Shown here: positions 1-12,600 of the stretch, piece by piece
Position numbering within the stretch: position 1 is the stretch's first letter
Layout of the letters: each line of letters opens with the position of its first letter
Assembly: GCF_000150275.1 (NCBI RefSeq)
Contig: NW_002060959.1
Location: forward strand, 1,105,902-1,169,901
DNA from: Trichoplax adhaerens
Taxonomy: Eukaryota > Animalia > Placozoa
Length of the DNA: 64,000 nt
Reading direction: 5' to 3'
Program-made: the position numbers and the translations under genes
Notes under the pieces: model-generated
What the model saw: only the letters and a program-made list of their open reading frames with translations
What the model was told of the DNA's origin: nothing
Database searches by the model: none

Positions 1-2509
1 GACTTGGAGCAATAAAGTCCTCTTCTCCGAGAAACAGCTCTCTCGTCTCAGTCTATAAGTAGAAAGACATATTATTACACGTTGTAGAATATCAATGTCT
101 GCAGTATTGATTCGTACTACATAGTGTACATTATTGCACTTAGAACTTTTAGTACTATAATATATCTGGAAATACTGTACAGTGTACAGGATTCCCCAGA
201 TAAAACCCCCGATAACTAAACGCAAATGTAATATAGCGAAAACAAAATTGGCTTTATGAAAGCTAGTTCTTCATGGAAGAGTTATTCAAGGCAATGCCTT
301 GAATAGTAAATATGTACTGTAACGGGTTGAATTGCTAGTGCTAAATGTACAATTGTTGGAGAGGAGTTGTACGAGAGGCAAATGTCGAAGGGAACTGTCC
401 GGATAGCGTGATTTATGCGGCAAGGCTATAAAGAGACGTGCGGGTCCAAGTCTTCTTTTCGTAGCAGATCCTAAGTTTATGTCGTACGTAGCAAGAGTCT
501 CAATTTTGAATTGATCGGATCATTATATGCCCGTTAATTTATTCGATTTTCGTACATCTTAGTATTAGTCTTTATACGACTTAACATCACTTGTCTACAA
601 TAGTGAATATCGACGTCATTAATGCGTATTTAAGTAACAACATGGACATGTAGATCTCCGGGATCTACAAGTCTATGGTAACAAGAAAGACTATAAAATA
701 CTTATAAGTAAAGGCTTGTAGGTTTTCTTCTAGTAATATGGAGGCTCATCAATTCCCCGGTCAATCTACTATAAGCGTACACTACCAATGAAATTGTATA
801 CCATGCTGCGCCAACCAAGGAAGCAGCATGTTAGTAACTGGATATCCATCGTAGACAATATAGTGTTACCGTTGTAGACATGCGAAACAGTTGGAATGAC
901 CGGTAAAACAAGTAGCCTCTAGATTATTCAATTGTGAAGGACCATTTCCTGTCCTCGTCTTTCTTTTTAGTAATCTCTGATGTGCATCTTAACAAGTACA
1001 GTACAGCAAAGGAAAAGGGATTTGAACTATCATATTTATGATTATAGGCGTAACTAAACTAGTGCATGAATCGTCTACTAATGACTATGAGGAGTAAAGA
1101 TGTGAGAGATCGAGATGAAGTTAAAGTAAGCGTAAAAGATACGCTGTAAATAAGTACAATATTTTTCTCTTATTGATAGACGATGAATTGTCTGTAATCA
1201 AGCAGTATTTTTAATCAACTGTGAAATAGACGTTGTGATACCGTAGAATGAGCTAAAATAATGCGACATTTTTCATCACCATTAAATTGATTCATTATTT
1301 CAGTTGCAGCGACTAAACAATATACGTAACCTATCAACTTGTTGAAATATGAATATTGGTAGATTATACAATCGATGATTAGTAATGTTAAATATGTAAG
1401 ATGATTTTTAAGAATTTGCGATAAAGTAAAATAGAAAGGGTAAAATCATTTTCCATACATACGAGTCCTAAGTAAGTTTTTATCATCTATTTATAGATAA
1501 TTAGTAGTGAAAAATAGCGCAACTACTATAAAATACTAGTAAAGCTAATTGAATTCTTAAGTCTAACCATCGTTGCGCACATCAGTTTTAGCGTATGATT
1601 ATCAGTGGAAATTATTTAACTTTTCGTCACTTTGGTAGTTAATCAACAAATAGAATGAATACAATCCAGGCAAGAAAGTGATGCTGCATGAGTATTAGTT
1701 TGGGTCACATTCTAGCAAATTAGGAAGTGACCGATACCGAAGGCTAGACTACATAGAATAGTCAAGACATCTCTCCTCGAGAAAAAGATGAACTCATCTT
1801 ATTGCACAAAATGAGTGTTTAATATCCGTAAATCAGGCTCCATTAGAATTATCTATAAAATATCATAATACTTCGTAATCGATTTCATAAATTTATATTG
1901 AAACTTTGACTAAATCATTGCCATCAATAGGACAAAATGGAAGCTATTATTAACGACTATACTACTTGTTATACTCTATGATTAAACCACTAACGTTACA
2001 AAAGTTTAGTATTTAGAATAAAAAGTTTTAGTTCTATCTCTAGCTAGTAAATGTCCTTATATTATGAAAATAGAAATTGAATTAATCAATCAATTACCAA
2101 TTCAAAAAGAGAAAGTTTGGTTACTTGTTCTATTGCATCTACTGTACAGTATCATTTGATAATATAATAAAAACAGCAACAATCGTCAATATTGTAAGAT
2201 ATAGCTACTGGAGGATATTACTTCCACGATAGAGTGCATAAAAACCTGACGAACAAGATATTATGCATGATATGAGAAAGGCGAGCTAATAGCTACAATT
2301 AACATTGCAGCTGAATTGGTTATGCCATCAAAAGTTAATTTACTACCCTATGGGTAGAAGATGGTTCGGTGAACATCATTATATTACTATAGAAAAGTCA
2401 GTCAATCATTGATTGGTTTTAATGACCATCATCGAATAGGAATAAGGTTAATAAAGCGGTTGATAGACCACACGCAAATTGTATTTTGCGTTCATTGGAT
2501 TAGATAAGG

Positions 2510-4123
2510 TTACAATTCGTCGCGATCAAGGTGGTTCATAACGACATTGTATTCCGCTTGGCAGAAACTATATCCGTTAATGGGTTGCGCTCGTAGTCCT
2601 CGTCGAATTAGTTGATAGCAACGGTGATGATCAATGCGTGGTAGTGCTGCATCGACGTTGGTTACTTTAGCGGAGCTCCATAAGCGTTCAGAGACAGCAC
2701 TAGCGCGAGGCCAGAAACGCTCCATTAAATTGGTTGAATCGACGTATTCTCCCCATATGCAAGCTTCGCCGCCAATAACCAAATTTTTTTGTTGTTGTGT
2801 ACCTTTAAAATCTTGAGGATCGCAACGATAAAATCGTTCCCAATCACGACCATAACCGATATAATTCAGATACCAACAAGAAGAGAGAATAGTTTGTAAA
2901 TTCATCTTGGTTACTTTGGCTAATTCTGCTTTATAGCTAGGACTTGTTTTCCATACTTGTACAACGGTGTTGGGATCGACTTTGACGTTGTTGTCGACCA
3001 CATCTTGCCATATAATATAGCGTAAGCCAATTTTTTCCATAATAGTTACTAAATTGTGCTCATAATATTGCTCCAATAATTCATAATGATCACCGAAACC
3101 ATGTTGTGTCATAAAATTTTGAATATCAGGATTACTTTGCCAACAGCTGAAATTGACTTCATCGCCGCCTAAATGAACGTATTGATCAGGAAAGCGTTTC
3201 TTAATTTCACGAAAAAAGTCCTCTAGTATGGTATAGGTTGAATTCAAGATTGGATTGATTGGGCCAAATTGTCCATTGGGGACACCATTTTTACTATAAC
3301 AAGGGGTAAGAAAGTTGGGAATACTACGCCATGACGATGAATGGCCGGGAGTATCGAATTCGACGATAACCCGTATACCGCGATCTCGTGCATATTCAAT
3401 GACCATTTGGACATCGTCAGGTGTGTAAACATGGCGTGGTGTATAAGAGCCATGTTGGCTTAATTGTGGATAAGTTAATGAGACAAATGGAAATGACTGA
3501 TCATCGACAATATGCCAATGAAAGACGTTGAATTTATTATAGGACATGGCATCTAAATTTTGTAGAATAACATCCAAAGTAAGGTAGTGTCGAGCAGAGT
3601 CGAGCATGACACCGCGATATTTAAATCGTGGATAATCGACAATCTTGGTCTCCTGGATGAAAAATCCATCATAGGTTGCATCAATTAATTGGCTAAAGCT
3701 TTCTAAGCCACGTAGCGCTCCCCAAGTTTGTTTCGCGTGGAGAAAGGCAACCGGTTGAGGATGAGCGTGAATGGATAGCGAATAGCTTTCATCGGAATTT
3801 AAAGTCAAGTTGGCACTTACATCATCAATTTGAACGAATAATTTGGTCAAATTGCCCACAGCTTTGATGGCATCTTGGTTGGGATTGACCGCCGCGCCTG
3901 GTTCATGAGGAGGTAAAGGTCCTAAAAAGATCAACTTTCGATAGCGCTGAAACGCTTGATTGAGAATGTCGGTGGGCACATCGGTTTCGAATTGAAACTC
4001 TTGCGTTATTTTCAACATGGACTCGGATGTCGACATGATTTGAGGCATGGGCCAAACGCTACCAGCATCACACCACCGTTGGCATAGCAGCGTTATCAAG
4101 ATGATGATTTGGATGGAAGCCAT
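2510..4123 (-). CDS. HEXB: Beta-hexosaminidase (GH20, HexA/HexB family), intronless, with signal peptide and C-terminal RDEL
   Basis: 537-aa ORF with a hydrophobic N-terminus. GH20 motifs present: VWPMPQ, DYPRFKYRGVMLDSARHY, NKFNVFHWHIVDDQSFP, EFDTPGH, catalytic HLGGDE, GGEACIWGEYVD, WPRASAVSERLWS. Ends in ...LDRDEL*. The symbol denotes the family; alpha/beta orthology is not established. Confidence 0.93.
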   Translation of the reverse strand: MASIQIIILITLLCQRWCDAGSVWPMPQIMSTSESMLKITQEFQFETDVPTDILNQAFQRYRKLIFLGPLPPHEPGAAVNPNQDAIKAVGNLTKLFVQIDDVSANLTLNSDESYSLSIHAHPQPVAFLHAKQTWGALRGLESFSQLIDATYDGFFIQETKIVDYPRFKYRGVMLDSARHYLTLDVILQNLDAMSYNKFNVFHWHIVDDQSFPFVSLTYPQLSQHGSYTPRHVYTPDDVQMVIEYARDRGIRVIVEFDTPGHSSSWRSIPNFLTPCYSKNGVPNGQFGPINPILNSTYTILEDFFREIKKRFPDQYVHLGGDEVNFSCWQSNPDIQNFMTQHGFGDHYELLEQYYEHNLVTIMEKIGLRYIIWQDVVDNNVKVDPNTVVQVWKTSPSYKAELAKVTKMNLQTILSSCWYLNYIGYGRDWERFYRCDPQDFKGTQQQKNLVIGGEACIWGEYVDSTNLMERFWPRASAVSERLWSSAKVTNVDAALPRIDHHRCYQLIRRGLRAQPINGYSFCQAEYNVVMNHLDRDEL

Positions 4124-5125
4124 TTTAAAGGGTTTTAAATACTTTTACTTTTAATCAATCGCTTGGATTGGTGTACAAACTGGCTATCAGGGAGGGCGTC
4201 GTTGATGAATAGATAATCCACGTTCTTGAAGAATCAATGGAGGTGTGTGTGTGTGTGTGTACTTCCTTCTTGACAGTCAGTATCAATCAGTCGATGATTA
4301 CTTTTCCACTCCAGTAATCCTATATTGAGTATCCATAAGTCGAAAATGAGATTTAAAGAAGAATTTTGCAAGTGGAAATCGATCTGATGATTAGATTGCG
4401 ATTTTCCAAGATTGTGTTATTGTAACGTGATGACTGCGAGCGTTGGTGAGGGATGACGTTTCATAAACGTTGAAGTGGATTTAGCGTCAGTTGTCGTTGT
4501 CGTTGTCACGGTATGTTGGTGTCAGTCGTTTGTCATCGTCGTCGTGGGTGACAGTCAATCCACACAGATCGTGCCCATTGCTCAACCATCGATGGATGAA
4601 GTCACATGATGTCCGTGTGGTCATGCTACAGTACAGTTCTACCCACTCGTGTCCACTTCTGCTGAGAAAATGACACTACCCACAGTACCCAGTGTTGTGA
4701 TCGATGACGTCAACGATGTGTTGTGACCGTGGAGTTGTTTTTCTCAAGTCTAGTTGCTGCTGTTTCGATACCTACCCACAGACACTTTGATCAAGTCCGG
4801 TCCGGTACGGTACCAGCGATCGTGTAGCAGCGACGTCAACCCTATCGTCATTCCTGTGCTGTACTGTATACTGTACATCATAAAGGGATTGAACCGAACC
4901 GAACCGAACCTTAGCTTTACTGTACCCATATTACAGTGTACAGTACTGTACACTGTACACTATATGTACTGTACTGTACTGTACTGTACATCGTTTCCTC
5001 AATTCATCAAACCATTCTGAACAACGAAAGGATTCATCTTAGCCATCACTCAAGTCGATTAAACTTCCTTTACCAGCTAAAATACTGCAAGAGTTCTTTG
5101 TAGACGACGAAGTTAGTCCATTGCG
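4124..5125. promoter_or_regulatory. Putative bidirectional promoter region of the hexosaminidase pair
   Basis: 1002 bp between two divergent ATGs. Contains a (GT)n microsatellite at ~4243-4260, the palindrome TGACGTCA (CRE-like) at 4705-4712, (GAACC)4 at ~4891-4910 and a TACTG/CAGTA-rich tract at ~4855-4990. Confidence 0.55.
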
Positions 5126-6769
5126 ATGAGAATGGAATCCAAATGGAGATGGAAAATTCTACTCGTGGTTAGCGTAGTGGCATTCTATTGCAGTTATGCT
5201 GTTGAAGGCTATGTTGCTGTATGGCCTATGCCGCAAACGATGTCGACAACAAGCTCTTATTTACGAATTCGTCCTCAACAGTTTCAATTTGAGAGCGATA
5301 GTCAATCCAGTCTACTCCGTCGAGCTTTCCAAAGGTACATGAAAATTGCTTTCTTACAACCGTTGCCTCCAAATGAGCCTGCTGCTGCTGTAGACCCTAG
5401 TGCACCAAAGCCTCATGTCATCGGTAATTTAACATCATTATTCTTTCAAATCGATAATCCCAATACGGATCTGCGCTTAGGAATGGACGAAAGTTATTCA
5501 CTCTCGATACGTGCCACTCCTCAACCGGTTGCATTTGTACATACCAAAGAGATATGGGGTGCTTTACGCGCTCTCGAAACTTTCAGCCAACTGATTGATG
5601 CTCGAGCGGATGGCTTTTTCATTAGTGAAGCCAAAATCATCGATTTCCCTCGCTTTAGTCATCGTGGGATATTGGTTGATACTGCAAGACATTACTTAAC
5701 CATGGATACTTTATTACAACATTTAGATGCAATGGCTTACAACAAATTTAACGTTCTCCATTGGCATATTGTCGATGATCAGTCCTTTCCCTTTGTTTCC
5801 TTAACTTTTCCCAACATGAGTTTGTTCGGCGCTTATACACAGCGTCATATTTATACCCCGGAGGATGTCAGTAAAGTTATTGAGTACGCTCGCGATCGCG
5901 GCATCCGTGTTATACCCGAATTTGATACACCTGGCCATGCATCATCTTGGAAAAGTATTCCCAATCTATTAACGCCTTGTTATGGCCCCAATAACATACC
6001 CAATGGAAATTTTGGACCCATTAATCCTATTGTTGATTCCAATTACGAATTTCTAGCCGTTTTTTTCTCCGAGATTAAGAAAAGATTCCCTGATGCTTAT
6101 GTCCATTTAGGTGGTGACGAAGTCAGTTTCAGTTGTTGGGCTAGCAATCCAGATATTCAAGATTTTATGGTTCAAAAGGGCTTTGGTAAAAATTTTGCTC
6201 TACTGGAACAATACTACGAAACTCGTTTATTACAACTAGTTGAAAAGGTTGGCTTGCGCTATATTATATGGCAAGATGTCATTGATAATAAAGTCAAGGT
6301 CAATCCAAATACTGTGGTACAAGTTTGGAGATCATCGCCTAGTTATAAGAGTGAACTGAAACGTGTAACCTCGCTCAACTTGAAAACAATCTTGTCGTCT
6401 TGTTGGTATCTTGATTTAATTGGCTATGGTCGCGATTGGGAAGGCTATTATCGTTGCGATCCACAAAATTTCAAAGGTACCACGGCTGAGAAGAATTTAG
6501 TTTTTGGCGGTGAAGCTTGTCTATGGGGAGAGTACGTCGATTCCACCAACTTTCTGGAAAGGATGTGGCCGCGTGCTAGCGCTATTGGCGAAAGATTATG
6601 GAGCTCTGCCAAAGTCAACAATGTCGATGCCGCTTTACCTCGTATCGACTATCATCGCTGTCAACACCATATTCGTCGCGGTATACGTGCTCAACCTGTT
6701 AACGGCTACAGTTTTTGTCAAGCGGAATATAATACCGTGATGAGATATATGAAGAAGGATGAGCTATGA
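5126..6769 (+). CDS. HEXB: Beta-hexosaminidase (GH20, HexA/HexB family), intronless paralog, with signal peptide and C-terminal KDEL
   Basis: 547-aa ORF with the same GH20 motifs (RGILVDTARHY, HWHIVDDQSFP, PEFDTPGH, HLGGDE, WYLDLIGYGRDW, GGEACLWGEYVD). Colinear with the 2510-4123 protein. Ends in ...MKKDEL*. Confidence 0.93.
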   Translation: MRMESKWRWKILLVVSVVAFYCSYAVEGYVAVWPMPQTMSTTSSYLRIRPQQFQFESDSQSSLLRRAFQRYMKIAFLQPLPPNEPAAAVDPSAPKPHVIGNLTSLFFQIDNPNTDLRLGMDESYSLSIRATPQPVAFVHTKEIWGALRALETFSQLIDARADGFFISEAKIIDFPRFSHRGILVDTARHYLTMDTLLQHLDAMAYNKFNVLHWHIVDDQSFPFVSLTFPNMSLFGAYTQRHIYTPEDVSKVIEYARDRGIRVIPEFDTPGHASSWKSIPNLLTPCYGPNNIPNGNFGPINPIVDSNYEFLAVFFSEIKKRFPDAYVHLGGDEVSFSCWASNPDIQDFMVQKGFGKNFALLEQYYETRLLQLVEKVGLRYIIWQDVIDNKVKVNPNTVVQVWRSSPSYKSELKRVTSLNLKTILSSCWYLDLIGYGRDWEGYYRCDPQNFKGTTAEKNLVFGGEACLWGEYVDSTNFLERMWPRASAIGERLWSSAKVNNVDAALPRIDYHRCQHHIRRGIRAQPVNGYSFCQAEYNTVMRYMKKDEL

Positions 6770-8489
6770 TTTCATCTACAACAACCAAGACACGACCCTT
6801 GCCAAGTAGAAATGGCTTAAAACGAAATAGCCTATCCATCAAAGTGTAATTCGAAATGATGATACGGTATAGTCAAGCGAGACGCTTTCCTGCTACCATG
6901 GCTAAATTCAGTAGGAAAATTGCCTTTATGATTATCATTTCTAGCAGAATAGAAACTCGATTCGTATGACTCTATTGGATGGTAGTGTCCACAACAGTGA
7001 ATCAATTTAGCTTTTGTATAGTCCAAAATTTGACTTCATATTCTAATTTTTATATACTGTATACATATAAACATCAATAGATTGATATCTCTATTTGTCT
7101 ATTACCTGGATAATTTTCAATGCTGCACTGCTAATAGATCGATTTGAATCTACTGCATAAGGTGACACAGAAAATGGACAGTTGATTTTGAATGTATGAA
7201 ATAAAGCAATCAAATGAGCAACCTAGTTGCTGCTGGTACTTGATACTCGTGTATGCCTGTTGGAAGAAATGATGCCGTTGTTTACAAGTTGCAATCATTG
7301 AATGGCATGACTAGGATACTCGATCATCCTGAATTATATAGTCATTGCAATACAGAATTGAGGCTGCTTTCTGGCATTTCAATGGTAGCATGTCGGCAAA
7401 GTGATTGTCCATTTAGGTGATATTGAGTTTTAATTGATAGTCATGCGCTTGGAGAACATGTTGCTTTTCTATATACGTACTGCATATACTCTAAACTACT
7501 GCTACTGCATGGAAGGATTGTAAAATGACTTCACCAATGGAGTATAAAAACACACACTGTAGTAGAGTAGAATACTAGATTGTGAAGATCGATACCTTTG
7601 AACTTGATATACAGTACTATTGATGAGCATGTCATGAATATTCTGACTCGTACAGTAAGTTGCAGTTCCTTCATGCTATTACAGTGCTATACTTGTAAAA
7701 TACATAGCAACTGTCGTTTGTCGAATTGGCTACAACAGTGGCGATGACTTTAATCGATATACTCTACTGTAGAAAAGAGGCTGATTTTGAATGGTGTTGA
7801 TTTCGTACTATTCAGTTGATGAGATGGTAAAATGTTGAAAAAGAATCCCAGAGATAAACAAGATAGACTCAGGACTCTCCATACTCGTACATAGAATACT
7901 GCAATTGGTGCTAGGAGTGCTGCTAGGTTGGAAAGATGAAAAGTACATGGCCCACTAAGTAGAATGCAATCCGTTGTGTTCTATTGATTAGAATGGATTT
8001 GATCCGAGTATAATACATTACTGCACTCCATGGGCTTACTTTTCCTGTTGTCAATCTTCCAACACACTGCAGCAGAGAAAGGGATTTTGACAAAATGGAC
8101 AGTCCAACCCCATTTTAGCTTACAGTACAGTAGTATCCTTACAGTATAGTCTAGCTACGGCTACTGATGGGCTCCTCAATGGCATTTTAGGAGTGGATAA
8201 TTGACTGCAGTTTGTAAATGGATTTATTTGCAGCTTTTGGAAACAGCGCTGAGGGCAGTGCATTTCCCTCAAACCAAGCCTTGAAGTAATGGACAGACGG
8301 ATGATAGGCGACGGACGTGTGGCTGACACTGACGTCAAGCGGAAAGTCGGCGATCCGTTCCGCGACCTGCTGTGGTTGACTGTTGAACAGTGTCGAGTGT
8401 ACTTTCGAATGATTTTTCTTTTCCATATTGAATCTATTGACTTTATGTACTGAATGGTGCTATAGGTCACTTCATGACTGGAAAGAGCG

Positions 8490-9612
8490 TTTTCTTTTAC
8501 TGCGCATGTTACAGTCGTGTGCAGTAATCTACAGTACTAATTTACACTTTTACAGTACAAAAGGTTTTCTTTCACAGTACACGGTACTGTACTGTGGTCG
8601 TTGCTTGAGAGTTGAGACAACGGAAAACTCGATGATACAAAGCCCTCGGGCAAGGCACTCCCAAACTGTACTCTTAAGGGTCTCTATTATACACGTACAG
8701 TACTGTATATTCAATATAGAAAGCGCTCCAGCCATCAGCTCATTTACTGCGCATGTTCCATTAGTCTCATCTGAATCATACTGTACTGTACTATGCTGTA
8801 GACTACAGTACATGTAGTACAGTACTAACGGTTTTCTTTCACAGAACTGCACTGTGGACTGTAGTTGGAGTTTTACGGTTCGGTCCGGTACCGTCGACAG
8901 TATCAGTCAGTACAGACTGTACTGTACAGTACACCCTTTACAAACCCAATTGTCAGTACAGTACTACAGTACTGTAGTGCACGACCATTTACTGCTCATT
9001 TACTGCGCATGTTCCATTCGTCTCATCTGAGTCATACTGTGCTGTAGACTACTGTACAGTGTACAGTACTGTAGTACGGTACTAAAGGTTTTCTTTCACA
9101 GTACCGCACTGTAGACTGCAGTTGGAGTTTTACGGTCCGTTCCGGTCCAGGCTACAGTATGCGTAAATACAGTACGACAGTACGATCAACCGGTCGCACT
9201 GTACACTGTACACTGTACTGTCGTCGTGGGTTGTCGATGACACAAAGCCCTCGACAGCCGGTCAATAGACTCAATATACAAAGCGACGACGGTCGGACTC
9301 GCTCCAGCCATCAGCTCATTTACTGCGCATGTTCCACTCGTGTCATCGGAGTCATCTGAGTCATACTGTACTGTGCTGTCGACTACAGTGTACAGTATAC
9401 AGTACTAAACATTTTCTTTCACAGTACTGCACTGTAGACTGCCGTTGGAGTTTTCCGGTCCAAGCTACAGTATGCCTGAGTACAGTACGACCAACCGGCC
9501 GTACTGTACACTGTACACTGTACTGTCGTCGTCTTGTCGATGACACAAAGCCCCTGGACAGCCAGTCAACAGACTCAATATAGAAAGCGACGACAAATAT
9601 CAGCCATCAGCA
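8490..9612. repeat. Degenerate tandem array, about 4 units of 250-320 bp, ending ~40 bp before the PSMD4 ATG
   Basis: TTTACTGCGCATGTT recurs at ~8496, 8743, 8999 and 9319. AGCCATCAGC recurs at ~8730, 9307 and 9602. TTTTCTTTCACAG and GTTGGAGTTTT blocks also recur. Confidence 0.85.
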
Positions 9613-9650
9613 ATTTTTTTCCTCGATTAATCCCTTCCAATCGATTCAAA

Positions 9651-12600
9651 ATGGTGTTAGAATCGACTATGATTTGGTAAGTCTAGCGGATAACCAGCGT
9701 CTGTTGATAGTGTTGTGATAGTTGACGATGGAATGCGATGGTCATGCAGTGGTACACGATCATGACCAGTGAGAAAAATAGACTAATGCTTTTCATTTCT
9801 TTTTGCCATACAGCGTTGATGATAGCGAGTGGATGCGAAATGGCGATTTTTTACCCACTCGAATTCAGGCCCAACAAGATGCTGTCAATCTTCTTTGTCA
9901 AGCTAAAACACGCCAAAATGCAGAAAATAATGTGGGCTTACTCACGTTAGCCAGGTATGTCAATTGTCAGGCAAAGGATAGCTTTGCAACGCCTGCATCC
10001 ATTCCATACAGTCTGTACTGGACTGGACAGTTTGTAGCACAAGTCAAACTGACCACTTGTCGTCGACATGATCCATGGCAGACATTGCATCATTCAACAT
10101 TAAGTCTTACTATTGAGTACAATCTACTACAACCGTACAGACTGGATTTCTATCTGTGAATTGATTTTGCTTACAACTGATTGAATGATGATCAAGGACA
10201 TCAAAGTAGAGAGTGAAGAAAGTCACTTTACCATCACGCTCAACGGTTGAATTTCAATGATAAAAGCAATAGAAAATATCCAATTTTCCACTTCATCTTC
10301 AGCTATTCCATATCACAATTGAGCGACAATCAAAATGGATTCATCAAAGTTATTTCATTAGAAGCTGCGTCATCTTTACCAATGGCAATAATACTCAACT
10401 TGGATGGACACTTTGACTTGTTGGTCATATCAAAGAGTCTGAAAATAGATACAATAGTAACAGCTTGAACCCAGGACCAGTCTACTGGCCATTCCATCCA
10501 CTCGATGGGCTGGGAATAACTTTTCTATTCCTTCTGCTACGTCATGATCCATTTATATGGAAGTAAAAGTACAAGTGATGCAAAATCAGATAGTAAACTA
10601 ATTAAGATACTGTACTGTAAGAAATGCGGCCTAAGTTGTTTTAGTCTTCCTACGAGGCCTCAACCCAGTCGTATGGAAGCACAAGTGACGCAAACGCATT
10701 TAGTAAACTACCTACATTACATACTGTACTGTGCTGTAAGAAATTCGCCTGAAGTTTTCCTTTCCTTCTGCTACGCCATAATCCATTTTTATGGAAATAG
10801 AAGTACAAGTGACACAAAATCAGATAGTATACTCAATAGCAACTGTGCTGGAAGAATTGGACTAAGGCTATCATTGGTTGTATTAGGATGGAGTTTAGAT
10901 CAGTTAGATGGACGCATCTTGCCTTATTTCTACTATAAAGGAGTTCAAAAATTGCTCATGGGTATAGGCTGAACTAAACTAGTTTACTTGCTATAATCAC
11001 TAGAGTAATGATGATTCTGCTAGTTGGATGGGTTCCATACCAGTGTTCCATTACTGTTACTACTCCATGGCCCAATCGTATGGAAATAATAGAATTGTAG
11101 ACTGGGCATGATAAGGCAGAGAAATACAATCTTACACCCATTGACTTCCATAATTAGATGGATAGTTTAGCATAAACGGAGGATAACACCTGGATTGATC
11201 CAAGCTCAATTTTGAGATCAATACTGTCACTCATCTCAATAGGTGTATCACTGTATTAGCAGTATCATATCGTAGACTACTAAAAATAAATGCACCATGA
11301 TTTATAGCAGGATGATTGTATCTGCAGGTTTAAAAAGATTTGAAAGGGTTAATAAAACTACATTCGCCTCAATTTTACTGGATAATAATCGATAAAAATG
11401 CAATCTCTAGAACTCTGATACGTAGGCCATTCGATAAAGGCAGAATGATTGTAATCTTTTCAATAATTCATCTCTTATGTTGATACATCTTTAATCTGCT
11501 TGACATTTACAGCTTAAGAGTATTAACAACGTTGACCACTGATGTTGGCAAAATTCTCAAGAACCTTCATGCTGTCTCACCAAAAGGAAAAATTGATATG
11601 GCCATTGGTGCAAGTACTGCTATTGTAAGTCAATTTTTTTCTACATATCTACATTACAATAGCGTTGTGATGAGATTCTCAAGTTAAACGTGAAACACAC
11701 ACTTAAGAGATAGTAGAACTGTAGTATAAGTAGCATTATCTTCAAGATTGTTGTATGTAATTTTGGCATTATCAAAAGCAATTACTCTATCTACGGTAAT
11801 CCATAGCACGGTACTGATATGGTAGTATTGCTCGCTCCATGTAATATTCATAATTTCCATACTTTTTTAACATATTATTAATAATTTCTTAATAGTTGGC
11901 CTTAAAGCATCGAATGAGCAAAAATCATAAAATGAGACTCATAATATTTATTGGTAGCCCTATTGAAACAGAAGAAAAAGATGTAATTTCAATCAATTTA
12001 TCATAAAATTATTGGCTTTCCATTTAATTTTATTTTATACGATAAAAGTATACATTTTAAATGAAATTCGTTCACATCTTTAGTTAACGAAACTTGCCAA
12101 GAAATTAAAAAAGAATAAAGTCAGCGTCGATGTCGTTAACTTTGGAGAAGACGTATGATAATTATCAGCTACTATCTTGATTGAACATGATTAACTACAG
12201 TTATTTTTGAACCTGTAACCATTGTTTTTTAGACTTCTAATACAGAAAAACTAACAGCTTTTATCAATACTGTAAATGATAAACAAGGTTCAAGGTAAAA
12301 AATGAAGAAAGTTTATCTATATCGCACAGTGTTGATCATTTTCGTAGAAGTAGAATTGTTTATCAGTCAACAAACTCAACTTGCTATCCTTAAACCATCA
12401 TAGTTTATATAGACAGTATTGCTTTCAATTGAAAAGTCTATTCGTTGTTTAATCCAATTATTAAATAATCATGCGCTAATCTAGACTAAATAGCTGCTAC
12501 ATGATTTTTTGATATATAGTCATTTAGTTACTGTACCACCTGGACCACTACTTTCGGATGCGTTAATGTCCTCTCCTATTATGGCGAATGAAGACGGCTC

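Noticed and set aside
2510-6769. Bacterial origin of the intronless hexosaminidases
   Set aside because: The sequences follow the animal HexA/HexB pattern (HWHIVDDQSFP, LTPCY, GGEACxWGEYVD, RGxRAQPxxxxFC) and carry eukaryotic ER signals.
8120-9583. Cluster of short Cys/Thr/Val/Tyr-rich ORFs on both strands
   Set aside because: Mostly translations of the TACTG/CAGTA-rich tandem array; low-complexity artefacts.
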